Shown here one piece after another: positions 1 through 12,781 of a stretch of DNA of 64,000 bases. The first letter of the stretch is position 1; every line of letters begins with the position of its first letter. The position numbers and the translations under genes are program-made. The DNA comes from Octopus sinensis (Eukaryota): NCBI RefSeq assembly GCF_006345805.1, contig NW_021833041.1:168588-232587 (forward strand), given 5' to 3'. A model generated the notes under the pieces. That model had not been told where the DNA came from. It searched no databases and worked only from the letters and a program-made list of their open reading frames with translations.

Positions 1-420
1 GATGACCATTTAGCCACAAAGTTTAGGAGTATACTTTACCATGACTAACATGGAGGCATAACGAGATGAAGTCCCTCCATCTTTTGCTCTGAAACAAGTA
101 TGGCATGAGGCGATCCAGGAGTGGCAAACTCATAGAGTTCAATCAATGTGTGAAAGCTCGAAGGTATACATTAAGGATAGCCTTATAGACATTTCGATTG
201 CTGTCCAGCATAACAAACTTGACATTGTGGTCCGAAATAAGCTCACCGAAAAGCTTGTTATTGTAGAAATGAGCATAACATGCCTAGGTCGCCTGGAAGT
301 TGAGAAGAGGAGGAAGTATGAGCTTCTCTTAAACGAGCTAGACTAGATGCACGAATCTAAATCCACGTCATTCCTTGTATAATGACATGGAATGGAGTGA
401 TTTAATAGGCCTGAGTGACT
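1..420 (+). mobile_element. Degenerate C-terminal (CCHC + RLE endonuclease) remnant of an R4/Dong/NeSL-like non-LTR retrotransposon, running off the window start
   Basis: Frames read DDHLATKFRSILYHD and HNKLDIVVRNKLTEKLVIVEMSITC..EVEKRRKYELLLNEL (PD..D/E-K-like RLE motif). Paralogous to 50130-50620 and 53200-53830. Contains stops and frameshifts. Confidence 0.7.
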
Positions 421-466
421 GACCTTTTATATTGGGGTATAAAAAACAGATTAAGTAAAAAAAGAA

Positions 467-1400
467 TCACATTAATATGTTAGTACTCAGACTAATTTTA
501 TCAAAAAAAACGATATTCATTTTTTGAAGAAAATCTAACTTTTTTAATAGAGATTTTTTTTGTTCCGTCCATGTCAGGTTTATAAAGATTTTTTTCATTT
601 TCGAACCAAATATTTGAATAATTTTTATTTTTATATAATTGTTCATTAAAAAAAATATTTGAACCAATAAATTTCAAGTTATTTGATTCTCTATGAGGTA
701 CTTTTTTGAGATGGTTAATCTGATTTTCAATAGAATGAATTGACAAAAAAGAACAATTCTGTATTTTTGATTTGATTTCATTTTTTGTCATAAATGAACT
801 AAAATTAAATTTCAATAAACGAACCTTGTGGAACCTATCACATTATTTATTAAATATTCGTTTACAATACAATTGGATTTATTTAAACACATTTTTTCAA
901 AATTTTGGAAAGAAAGCTTGTTTTGTTTATTTTGTAAAGACAATTTATTCAAGTAATTGTCAAGTTTATTCAATTGACTGCATTTATTTGAATCATACAT
1001 TAATTAATCTAATGAAATTAAATGAAAAATAAAGTTTAGAAACGAATTAATTTATTTAATATGACCAAATGCAGGCATGCTTGAAAATATTAAATTAAGT
1101 TTGAAATGTTTAATTAATGAAAACTTAATTTGTTGGAGAATCTAATCAGTGTGATCTATGTTTTAAATAAACACAAAAGTAATATATTTAATTGATTCTT
1201 TCAATTGATCTTGTAAATAAATCGTAAAATATTTAGAACAATTTAAACGTTGGAGACCATTAATGAAATATTAATTTTTCATATCATAAAAAGTCAATGA
1301 AGCTTAAAAATCAAATTCATATGTGAGAAAATCATTAAAAATAATCTTATTGAGCACTTTTCACCTTTATTAGTAGCTATTCTCTTCCATCTACCACAGT
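467..1400 (-). CDS. Possible spliced gene of unknown function (weak)
   Basis: Consecutive short minus-strand ORFs (501-815, 812-1000) in AT-rich sequence with no recognisable motif. Boundaries are uncertain. Confidence 0.2.
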
Positions 1401-1479
1401 CATTAGCAATTGATTTTAGTGCGGATAAACCGGTTAAATGGACATCTGGCTTAAATAGCGTGGAACTATGTGTATTGTG

Positions 1480-2830
1480 AAGCTTAGCAAAAAAGTTCTT
1501 AAAAAATTAAAAAATCATAGAAAACCTAGAAGAAAACACATTAGACGACAAAACACATCAACAAGCTAAAGACTATATGATTTTACTAGAGATAAAATTG
1601 CAGAAGTAATTAATAAATGTGTTTATTGCCAGGCAAATTTTAATTCGTAATGTTGAACTAAAAATTTAATTGCGACTAAGTCGCAATGGTTAGTGTTAAA
1701 AACACGTAAAGATTGCATATGGAATCTAAATTTTTTTAATTTCTAATGTAAAGTTTAATTATTTTCTCATTTTTAAATTATTATTTTTGAATGGTTATCC
1801 CAAAATAAAATAGAGTTTTCGATAATCAATAAACAGCGTTTATTTTTGTAAAATTTAGATAATTATTTTTCAATGGTTAACTTAAAATCAAATAGATTTC
1901 TCAATTTATTGGAACAAAGTGAATCAATTTATGATAATTATGTATATTTAATTAGCAGCAGAGGATAGGATGGAATGGCAATTCCCACGCAAGATGGCTA
2001 TTGATATGCGTTGGAAAAGCCATGTCCGTTCCCGATGATAATTTCTTCTTCTGCTTGCCAAATCCCCCAGTTTAATAAGGAATTTTTTAGTTCTGGGGCC
2101 GAGGACTCCCGATGTCTCCACTGCGATCGGGGCAAAGATGTGGCGGTGAGATAATGCACTGTATTTCTTGATTTTTAGCGTTTCGGCCAGGTTGGCTAGA
2201 AAAAAAATATAGAAAATAGTTTATTAACAGTCATAAATACATATTTATTAATTATTTTTAAAAAGAATATTACTTTTATAAAATTAAATTGGCACGTGAA
2301 AAATGGGTCTACTCGTTTTGACTAGAGATACTTTGTCAAAAATCAAAAAATACAAAGAATCCCAGAATTTGGATGAAGTTTTGGATAAGAAGGAGAGATC
2401 AACATGCAGCAATCTTTTCTTTTGCTGATGGAAAAGTTTATATACGAAGAAATGGCCTAAAACTACGATTTTTTTGTATTGAAGACGCATAACTTTTGGC
2501 GTCTATAAAGATATTATTAAAGGAATTGTTTACGACTATAATCGTTCACGACATGCAACAACAAAGCATATTCCTTTCACGAAAGCAGGAGAAAAAATGA
2601 AAAACAAACGGAAATGGAAATTCGATGAAAACGACATTAAGGTTGTTTGTCACGTGTTATAATGCGGATTTAGGTGGGGGATAATGTTCTATTACGGCAA
2701 GATAATGATGCTAATCCACAGAATAGAAATTATCCATTATATGATCAAATTGATACGAATAAAGCGATTTAGTCGATTTTTAGGGCGGTCTAAGGAGATG
2801 CCGGGTCCTTGCAAAAACCGGTGACAATCA
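1480..2830 (+). mobile_element. Decayed Ginger2/TDD-like (KRBA2/SCAND3-type integrase) DNA transposon remnant
   Basis: 1590-1690 reads RDKIAEVINKCVYCQ and aligns at DNA level with 12505-12830. 2480-2600 resembles the IKDIVYDYNNT..TT region of the 16.6 kb copy. Ends in ...GTGACA near 2826, like the 18203 end. Confidence 0.5.
1954..2200 (-). mobile_element. 3' end of a CRE-clade non-LTR retrotransposon
   Basis: Minus strand reads KIKKYSALSHRHIFAPIAVETSGVLG...RERTWLFQRISIAILRGNCHSI, the conserved CRE RLE C-terminus. Confidence 0.75.
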
Positions 2831-3009
2831 ATAAACAGCGTTGATTTTTGTCGCATGCTATTTTTTCCGTGATTCTGCTTCTTTGAACATGTACCAAAAT
2901 TATTAAAAAAGGGTTAAAAGTGGGACTTGAAAAAAACCATTTTGATTTTTAAGCTTTTTTTTTTTTACTTATACAACTATTTAATTAAAATGGGGAATAA
3001 GTTATACAC

Positions 3010-3743
3010 CAGCGGTTCTCAACCGTGGTCCCCAGAAAATTTTTAGTGGTCCCCAGGAATTTTCGAAAAATAAAAATATATTAAAGTTAAAACTAATTGT
3101 ACAATTAAGTATAAATCAAAAACATTGAAATTAATCAAGCGGTTCTCAATCGTGGTCCCCAGAAAATTTTTAGTGGTCCCCAGGAATTTTCGAAAAATAA
3201 CAATATATTAAATTTAAAACTAATTGTACAATTAAATATAAATCAAAAACATTGAAATTAATCTGATTTGATTAGCGTGGTTTATCATTCTAGTTATGGT
3301 TAACAAGAATCGTCGTCTTTGGTCGGATTCTTACGTACATTTGGATTCACTAAATTCATGCCCCAAATAATGAAATAAAGGCAAAATGCATGATTTGCCA
3401 TAAAATTTTGGGAAAAAATTCACTGAAACCTTCTCAACTTAGGCGCCACAAAGAGTCTGTACACCCAGAAAATTCTTCCTCACATGAATATTTTAAAGTC
3501 AAAAGAACGAAGTTTGATTCACAGCCAAAGCTTGAGTGGTTTAATAAATCTCAAGATAAACCGAGATTAGAAGCATCATATGCTGTACCTGGCCCTGACG
3601 AGGCCAAAAATTGTGCGCTAATACCAAAAAATGTTTATTTTATTTAAGGTGGTCCCCACAAAATTTTATAGTGCAAAAGTGGTCCCCACAAAATTTTATA
3701 GTGCAAAAGTGGTCCCCAGTCTAAAAAAGGTTGAGAACCGCTG
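3010..3743 (+). mobile_element. Non-autonomous hAT (Buster/Charlie-like) transposon
   Basis: TIRs CAGCGGTTCTCAACC / GGTTGAGAACCGCTG and 8-bp TSD TTATACAC (3002-3009, 3744-3751). BED-finger remnant ICHKILGKNSLKPSQLRRHKESVHP. The left 127 bp are tandemly duplicated and a 30-bp subterminal repeat lies at 3649-3719. Confidence 0.9.
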
Positions 3744-3773
3744 TTATACACGAATTAATAAAGAGCCTGGAGG

Positions 3774-4919
3774 TCAGCTCAAAGTCGCCGCGCTGCGTAT
3801 CGAGTGGCAGTTTCCGCGGAGCACTGCGACCGAGATTCGCTGGAAGAGCCAGCTCGTCTCCCTCCGGTCGTTGGTCTTCTTGGCGATTCTCCTGGCAATG
3901 TCGGCAAGAAGGCGAGTCGCAGACCTGCCGACAATTCCAGATGTTTAGAAGGCGAGGGGGGCAAACTCGTAAGAGTCCGAAATATTTCCATACTTCGACC
4001 TCTTAGCCTCCTCAGCCTGAGCACTGGCGGAACCCGGGTTAGTGATGGACTTGAGTAACACCGACGCGGAGAACGAGTCAACAAAAGTTGCGTCCCAAAT
4101 CAGGGACTTGCCTTCCCTGAAAGGGAAGGTAGTCATCCCGTCAGGACGCTTTCCATCACTCCGGCAGAGACCGACTGGCTTTAGAGTGGAGGGGAAACCT
4201 GCCGACTCTAGAGCCCTTTTCACGACGTCATTGAGGTGAGTGTGGCGAGGAATTCTGCCAGCACTCTTCTTGCACGAGAGGGCGTGCAAACCGTTCAGAG
4301 AGATCGTGGACCCGCACCGGCATGGGTGGGGCTGACAGATGTCCAGACCCAAGCGTAAGCAGACACCAATCCGTAAGGATTCGTCGTCCAAGAGATGTCC
4401 CGTACTAGGGGTAGGGAGTGCATTGAGCCGATCTCCCGTATGCGGCTGGCAAGCGCAGTTGAGAGATGCCAGTTGGACTTGGTCCAACTTTGACCGGAGT
4501 TTGCACAGAGTGTCTGAGCAAAAGACTTCGTCCCAGTTCTTTTGGACTGAAGGAATTTTTGGAAAAACCAGACCGAGTGACGACCAAATCCGCGAGGCTG
4601 ATGAGAATTCGGAAAGCTCGTTGAGTTCGAGAGAGGGAAAAAGAACCGAGCAGACCGAATTCCTGGATGCCGAGGTCGAAGAGAGATAGCAAGGCAAGGC
4701 TAGGTCCTTGCAGGAGCGACTCCCGATCCCCCCGAAACGTATAGGTAGGCACGCACGGGTAAGACCGACGCCAGTGAGTCTCGTGTTGAGATGGGATACC
4801 AGCGAGGTGAGGATAAGATTGTCGATTGCAAGTAAAGCATCGGGAGCCACGAAACAAGGCGAAGAACGGAGGATGTATGTTAGCCTCGGGATAAAGAGGA
4901 AATTCCTCAGCAAGAAAAA
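3774..4919 (-). mobile_element. CRE-clade retrotransposon, 3' half (thumb, CCHC zinc knuckle, RLE endonuclease)
   Basis: FFLLRNFLFIPRLTYILRSSPCF...HPCRCG..GLHALSC..GRIPRHTHLNDVVKRAL...DGKRPDG...LIWDATFVD...KRSKY. After one nonsense codon at 3945 it continues TSGIVG...WLFQRISVAVLRGNCHSI to a stop near 3774. Confidence 0.92.
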
Positions 4920-6082
4920 CCGGTGCTTTACGTGCAATCTCGTCGGACTCCCCAGTGGCTCCCCGGTGTGACACTGTCCTAAATCAACTCCGAAGTAAAC
5001 ACCCTCGCACTCCCGCCGATATACGAGCAATTCCGACTTTGGACACGGTCCCGCCTATCCCGATCACACCGGCCGAGGTCTCGGCTGCCCTGGGGTCTTT
5101 TGCTCCCAGCAGCAGCGGGGGCTTAGACGGTTTAAAGCCCATCCATCTCCGGGATCTTGTATCACCCCTAACCCTCGATTCCGGTAGGGACTTATTATCC
5201 TCCATCACCCGTCTTTGTTCGCGCATTGTGTCCGGCACGATCCCAGCCGTCGCAAGGGAGCTTCTCTTTTCTGCGGGGCTTATTGCCCTGAAGAAAGCCG
5301 AGGGCGGTGTGAGACCGATTGCTATCGGCAACGTCTTCAGAAGGCTCTCAGCCAAAATCATGTCATTCAGGGTGGTTCCAACTCTGAGTTCGGAGTTCTT
5401 ACCCTTCCAGTACGGTGTTGGTGTTAAGGGTGCCTGCGAAATCCTAGCGCACGGTACCCGCCAACTCCTACATTCTAAACCCAACGACTGTGAGTTTATT
5501 GTCAAACTGGATGTCAGTAATGCTTTCAATTGTGTCCGTCGTGACCACATGCTCGAGGTGGTCTCAAAACGGTGCCCAGAGCTCTGGCCAATCGTAAATC
5601 TCGCATATTCTTCTCCAAGCTGCCTCCTGTTTCATGACGAAACCATTATGTCCGAATGCGGTATTCAGCAGGGTGACCCCCTTGGGCCATTGCTGTTTGC
5701 CCTCTCTGTTGACCATATTGCACGCAACCTTGATTCCAATGTCAATTTTTGGTACCTGGACGATGTTACTATTGGAGGACCTTTGGATGTCGTTATGAAG
5801 GACATTAACAAAATCACGTCTGGTTTCGCGGAGATCGGTCTATCTTTGAATGGTCATAAGTGCGAACTCGTAAATATTTCGTTGTCCTCGGGGGCTCTTT
5901 CTCACGCATCTTCTTCCCTACGCGGTCTGATTGCAGGGCTAAGGCTCACACCTACCAACGATCTAGTTATTCTGGGGTCACCAATTTCCGAACATGGAAT
6001 CTTAAAGAGCTTATCGTCTAAATTGGAAGAAATCAAGCTGCTTACCGAGCGGATCCGCGGGCTTGACTCGCACATGGCTTTT
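4920..6082 (+). mobile_element. CRE-clade retrotransposon, 5'-truncated reverse-transcriptase half, inverted relative to its own 3' half
   Basis: Open frame GALRAISSDSPVAP...SSGGLDGLKP...GGVRPIAIGNVFRRL...QYGVGVKG...KLDVSNAFN...GIQQGDPLGPLLFAL...WYLDDVTIGG...LNGHKCE...GLDSHMAF (RT domains with YLDD). Confidence 0.92.
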
Positions 6083-6114
6083 AGGTATAGGTATTTTTAA
6101 GCTTAATATTACAA

Positions 6115-9100
6115 TTAGGTATCTAAGAAAAATAAGAATTCAAAATGTAAATCAACAATAAACTATGAAATCATTAAAAAATAATTAATTATTAAAAAAG
6201 CATCCACGTATCTATTCTTATTAATAAAATTAATACATTTTCCGTTTTCATCAATAGAAGTCAAATTTCTTTTATTAATTTCAATCATTTTTTTGCATAA
6301 TTCAAGCTCGTCTTCTAGTGAAATAAGCAAATCAATACTATATACGAAATAGGAAATTAAACTACTTTGTTTTTTCAAAAGAAGACCAGTACAGCTTTTC
6401 TGCAAGATGAACTAATCGCCGAATTATCTCTCTTGATTTAAAATCTTCATTGGTACACAGTGAATAAGACCAAATAGTATGTATAAGTTTATCAAATAAC
6501 TTAATCATTTCTTCATAAGAATCAATATTTTTAATTATAGAAAAAAAATTTGGAACCAATTCCGTGAAAACAAAAAGGACAAAATTTTGATAAAAAGTTG
6601 AGATTCTAGAAAGAACATGTTGAGAAACTATAAATAAACGACGAGAGAAAACATAATTCATAGACAATTCTCTTTCTAATATAGAATAATAATTTTTAAA
6701 ATTCTAAAATACTTTTAAAATGAATTCGTTCTATAAAAACGATTCCTGTTATAACCTGAAAAATTACACATCTAATCTGTGATAATAGATCGAAATTTTT
6801 AGAGGTTACAACATGCTGGAAAACGTCGAAATACTAATAAAGTTATTATACATTGTATTCTGATACCGGGTAGCTGACTTCAATATGATGTACTAAATTA
6901 ATTACCATCGAGAAATTCCCATCGGAAACAATTTTTCCACTAGACCCAAATTTAAAACAAAATTATCAATACTCATAGCCCAGGGATTTCAAATTGTCTA
7001 ATAAAATTCCAAATAAATTGTTTTTATTTATTTGCAGAAAACTTTGATAATGTGAAATCTAAATAAATTTTCAAATAATATCGAGCCACTAACCATTCCA
7101 AAAATATCAAAAACGAGTTTTTGTGAAACAATTTGATCGTATAAAATATAATTTTTCTAAAAATAGAATTAAGGATAAAATAACAATAATAAGTTCCAAA
7201 TGTTCAATTAAGTTAAAGTGTCTTTTTAAAACACCAACAATATTCTGGGAGTATCGAACTCTTTTGTTATTAATCATCTCGGAGGTTATTTTCTTAACTT
7301 CAATTAAGGGATTTCCAATAATTTCACTCTTAAATATTCTATATCAATATTTTTTAAAACAAACAATTCCTTTTTCACAGAAATGCCATTATTCGTGTTG
7401 AAATAATCTGAAATACAGTCGATAACAGCGTATTTCAGATTGTCATTGCCATATGTCACAGAATCATGAAAATTATAATTTTCAGAATTGGAACTCTGAA
7501 TTGTTATATTCTCATATAAATTAAAATATTTTATTAATTTGCAAACAACTGCATCTCCAAGAAAATCTATGACTAAAATCAAGAGCATATTACCATCCTT
7601 TGTGTCACAATAATTTTTTTTTACTTCATTAAAAATCGATTGAATTTTCCCAATGATCAGACATCCAATTAAAGTATCATTATTAAAGATATCAGGAAAA
7701 ATTGTCCCACAAAATTTTTTACAATCAGGAACCTGGTCATAAAGAACATTCCTTCGTAACATATTTTCACTAATGGAATGTTACCAAAAAATAATAAATA
7801 CAGATCTGGGAAATTATCATTCATTTGAAAAGTAAAATAAGATCTGAATAAATTGAGATCTAATAAATTAAGATACATTCGAATGGAACAAATCCACAGG
7901 GAAAAAACGGAAGAAATCTAATCCAAATATTTTTAACATAAAAAATACTATAATTTTTTCAACATTAATTTTAATATTACCACAACCCAAATCGCTGGAG
8001 TCAATCGTTCTAAGATTATCTTCAGTTTTGTAGTGAAACTCCATTAATTTTGACAAATGATTAATAATAACAATATTTTGCTCAAATTTTGGAGTACCAT
8101 CAAATATGAATGCCTCTATTAAACTAACAATGTCTGATAAGATTCTAATAAGTTCATTCCATGGTTTTAAATTGTAAATTAATTTCATAATAGAATAATA
8201 TTCATCTACAAATGAATTATAATTAACATTACACCTGGAAATTGAGAAATTAACTTTTCATAATTAATAACAAAATTATCGAGTTTTTGAAAAATATTCA
8301 AAATCTCTGAGCACAGTAAACAAGGAATTAATCCCAAAAATGTATGAAAATAATCACCGCTCTCGTGTTGTTCGCAAAAATTTCGAATATGAAATGTCAA
8401 ATTACCAGCAATTACATAATCAGACACAAAATCTTTTATTGTTAACTATAATATTTTATAGATCAAAAAATTACCATTGGGATATGTGTCAGCTCGTAAT
8501 CATTAAATATTTCTTCAATCGCAGTTTTTCCATTACCTTGAAAAGTCCTTAAAATTATTGTTGATTAATATAAACCAAAGAATATTTAACACAATTAAAT
8601 ACTCATATGTAAATTTTTTCTTCTGGTTATCAGAAACATAGCCCAATCTAAACTACTATGTATCAATAGAAAGGTCACCTGCAAAGATTTGAAGTTTTAT
8701 TTCTTAACTTGCATTCTAAATCAACGTTGATGTCACACTCCCGAACATTTAAATTATTTAATCTCAAATCCTGTAACGACTTTTTCATCACAAAAAAAAT
8801 TTCTTCTGATTCAAACAGCATAGTTTCGAATATTTTATCTTCTTTACACAACTGGTCATTTCCGGTAAATAAAAAAAAGTTACTCAAATCACTATTCTAT
8901 TAAATGATTTTAGCATATAATTTAACTATATCAAATAAAGACGAACTATAGTCACTGGATGTTAATGATTCAGGGTATTCAACCGAAAAATCAATATCAG
9001 AATCTAATCTATTTATTATAAGAAAAAAACTCGATTCTGACTCTTGACAAAAAATTTGCGGATGCTTAATAAATGGAGAATTAGCCTTTGATGCCAAATT

Positions 9101-10340
9101 GAAAAGCAGATCAAGAATACGATATTCGAGTAGCTTCTTTTATTATAAAAATTTAATCAAACAATAGAAAAAATAGAAAAAGCTTACGTGTTTAACGCAT
9201 TCTGTGCTAGACGACATGTCATCTAATCCAAATATATTTTGGACTATATTTATGAAAGAGATAGCTTTCTCTGTTTGACAAGAGATCATAAATTTTTCTT
9301 TGAATCTGTAAAAATTAAATAAAATCCAAATTTTAGTTGTTGTTAAAAAATATACCCAAGAATTTTCGCTTTCACACAATTCTCGTCAATATTGGATCGA
9401 ACTTGATATCGAAAGCATTTAATTATTTTATTAGCCGAACGTTCAATGTTAATTTTGTCAGCCTATTTAAAAAAATAAATCCAGTAAGACTTTAAATACC
9501 TGATTTCCAGCAACAAAATTAATTAGTTTTTGAATGTTTTCGAAATTCATAATAATTTATTCCCTTTTCAAACAATGATAGGTATTCACCTCAAGAGTAT
9601 ATCCACAACAAGATCGGAAAAATTAAAATAAGTTTAATAAATTTTAATAATTATGAAAAATAAAGAAAATTAAGTATAGTTGATTACTGGGTTGTTAATA
9701 ATAGAAAAAATACTATAAGACTTTTCATCAGCCTTAACTTTGTTTTGTTCAAATAATCAAGTATTGTTGTAATATTTGGTTTTTCTCTCTGTGCTAAGTA
9801 CGAATACCATTTAAGTGCTCGCAATAATCAATATTCCTTAAATAAACTAATTTACAAAAAAATTTATTCTGTTATGGTACAGTAGTGTGCCTGTGCGGTC
9901 ATTTGGTTCCATAGCTAATTAATTCAATAATCCATGGTAACTAGACAATGCAGTTATTTTGGTTCCATTAAAAAAAATTACTAAGTAAATTATTTTTATT
10001 TGCTAAACAGATTTTTTAGTCTATTTTTTTGCAAATTATTAACTATTTTTTTGGAATCTCGAATCTTTTGGCATAAATCAAGATAGAATGCAATTTTAAA
10101 ACAAATTTACTTCAATCAATCTTTATTTTAATAAAGACAATAAATAAATTATTGGATTATGAAAAGATTTCTTTGGTCTTTCAGAAAACAACCCAATAGA
10201 AACTATTCATTTTATCCAAATTTATATTGAATTAATTTTAAAAATTAAATTAAATGATGGATATAAATAAATTTAAACGAAACAAATCTAAAGTGATTAA
10301 TATAGACAGAATTTGCTGAAGACCCTTGGATAATTTCATA
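6115..10340 (-). CDS. Large multi-exon protein-coding gene, unidentified (roughly 1000+ aa)
   Basis: Chain of minus-strand ORFs (6163-6405, 6362-6667, 7304-7762, 7868-8188, 8206-8427, 8675-8887, 8900-9097, 9143-9379) separated by short GT-AG gaps. No family motif recognised, and the start is uncertain. Confidence 0.6.
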
Positions 10341-10466
10341 AAATCACACAAGTTATTTCAATAGATAGCTAAAATGTTAAAGCGCTAAATTATTTGAAAT
10401 AAAGCAAAAATTTTAACTAAAATAAAAAGTATAGTATTATTAAAAAAATTAGAATACTGATTTCAT

Positions 10467-12038
10467 TTATAAATTATTTTTTTGCTGTAATTTATTAATC
10501 TTTTCTTTTTCTTCTTCATGGCGTTTTTTAAATGCATTTATCAAGCTAAATTGTGATGATTCTTCAGAATTATCTTCAACTTTGTTTATTTCCGTATTTT
10601 TTGGTATTTTCTGCCGAGGCAGTGGAACGTTTTTTGCATAATTGAGTGCCTAAAATTCAGTTAATTTTTTTAACTGCAACGCGACGATTGAATGCCAGTA
10701 TGTCGCATTTCACTTGTTCGAGTGGTCTTTTCGATTGTTTCATACTTTTTAAATTTTCTTCATTAGCATGAATTGCGAAGTTTTTCTGTCTTTCTTTATT
10801 CGAAACCTAAATTTCATTAATTTTTTTAATTTGAAACTATTTTCGTCCAATTATCTCCTCCAGTGTTTGGTCCTAAACCTCCCATTACTTTGTCATGAAT
10901 TATGTTCTTGTATTCTTTAAGACTGTATGGTTTGTATGCTATTTCTAATAATTTATTTACCGGTTTAACTCGCATTAGTTTTTGAATTCATATTTACAGA
11001 ATATCCCAAAAAATTTTGATTAGAATAAATATTGTTAATTTTATCTTTTTCATTAAAAGTCTTTGTATTATCTTCGTAATATTCTGAATATGTTTTATTG
11101 CATGAAATAGGCTTATTAGGCTTGTTGCAATTTGTTTCAAGAAACTGACGTTCGTTTTTGATTGCAACAATTTTTTCCGTCTCTTCGTTGTTTATAGTAT
11201 TTAGATCTTTAAAATAAAATAATTTCTTTGCCGTAATATCAAAACAAATATGATTTGGATATCTACCTTGTGTATCTAGATATTTTCCAGTTCTATCATA
11301 TATTTTCTTAGGATTGGTTGTATTAATTGCTTGATGTGATAATTTTTCTTCTTGATGTATTGTATCATTATATGGACAATAATAGAGTTTGTCTTGTTTT
11401 TTAATTTCTTCAAAATCTGTGAAATTATTCGTCAGATTTCCAGATTCTTCATTATTCGTAAAATCTTTAGATGTTAAATCATTTTTGTTTATTGTATTCA
11501 TTTTTTGACTATTTTGGAAATTTCTAAAAATTTTAACAAATTTATATCACAAATTAATGTCAGAACTTGTACACTGTTTCATCATAGCTTGGTAATTAGG
11601 AATATTTTTAATTCCAATACTTTTTATATTTTCTTTTACAAAGTTTATGTTATTTTGATTCAGATTAATGGTTTCCTTTTTAATTTCCGATTTTTGTTGA
11701 TTGAATCTCTTATCTAAAACGTTTTTATTAATTTTAAAATTTTCAAAGGCTAAATTACGAGTTGGATATATTCTTTCTGGAGATTTCAAACGATTACTAT
11801 CGTTTGTTTTATATTTCATAGATGGATTCCTTTCAAAAAAATTTTTTCTTTGATCTTTCCATATTTTTTCATGATAAGTTGGAGTGGTTAAATTTTCAAA
11901 AATTGTAATATCATCTTCAATTTTTTCTTCGTTTCGAGAATCAATGCATATATTTCGTATCGTTGAATGATGTTGATCTTTAGATATTATAGTTGAATTA
12001 TTTGTCTTGTCATACTTAAAGTTATTAGACGGTTGCAT
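10467..12038 (-). CDS. JHY: JHY-like ciliary protein
   Basis: Spliced C-terminus YKPYSLKEYKNIIHDKVMGGLGPNTGGDNW...ALNYAKNVPLP...SLINAFKKRHEEEKKR matches my recollection of the JHY domain (TLKDY..LGGLGP; ALEYAKTIPKP; RHEREK). Asn/Lys-rich low-complexity N-terminus. Confidence 0.65.
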
Positions 12039-12557
12039 CGATATATTTAAATTTCAACAAAATGGATTAACCATGCAACTATAGAAACTTATATATTGTA
12101 GATATAAATTATTTTATTAAATTTTAAACAAATGTATATCAATAATATTATGCCGCGTCCCACGCTGGCGACCAGGATGACCCACTTGACAAGGTGAATT
12201 AACTTTGACATGTAAGTTTTATCGATTTAATAAAGCTATAGACGACAATCCCTACAGAAAACAACGATTTAGGCTAAAGCAGCTTGCGAAAAACATATGC
12301 TTTGAAAATGGAAATGTATTCTTTACTAAAAATTCAACCAAATTGCGATTTTTCGCAGAGGATAACGAGTTAAAGCTTAAATGCATTGAGATATTGGATT
12401 AATTAACATTAATTAGGCGGAGCATAATTATAATCATTTTGGTAGAGATAGACTGTTCAGCAAGCTAAAGACTTAGTATTATGGTTTGATTAGGGATGAA
12501 ATTCCAGGAGTACTTAATAAATGTGTTCATTGCCAGGTAAATATTAATTCTATAATG

Positions 12558-12781
12558 AATTAATTTTGACTGACTGGAAAGGAGACTGACTCGTTCCTCA
12601 AAGAGGTCGGGAAGTCCATCGGGAAGAGGCTCAAGGACTCGAGAGAGGGCCTCTGGTTCCGCCAGCGCATCGGCCTGGCCATTGTTCGGGGCAACGCACA
12701 CTGCGTCCTCGCCGCTGGAAATTAACGATTTTCGGTGTTAGTTGTTTTTGTGAATACTTGAATTTGAAAATAAAAAAAAAA
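12558..12781 (+). mobile_element. 5'-truncated CRE retrotransposon tip with poly(A) tail
   Basis: KETDSFLKEVGKSIGKRLKDSREGLWFRQRIGLAIVRGNAHCVL*, then a short 3' UTR and A-run. 12-bp TSD AATTCTATAATG at 12546-12557 and 12782-12793. Confidence 0.85.

Noticed and set aside
3731-5550. Many overlapping ORFs (e.g. 4042-4239, 4339-4689, 4405-4974, 4984-5550, 5215-5427) as extra genes
   Set aside because: These are shadow frames expected in GC-rich retrotransposon coding DNA and have no motifs of their own.
3760-6082. Bacterial contamination, retron or group II intron
   Set aside because: The RT is followed by a CCHC knuckle and an RLE endonuclease typical of CRE non-LTR elements, and paralogous fragments are interspersed among intron-containing host genes.
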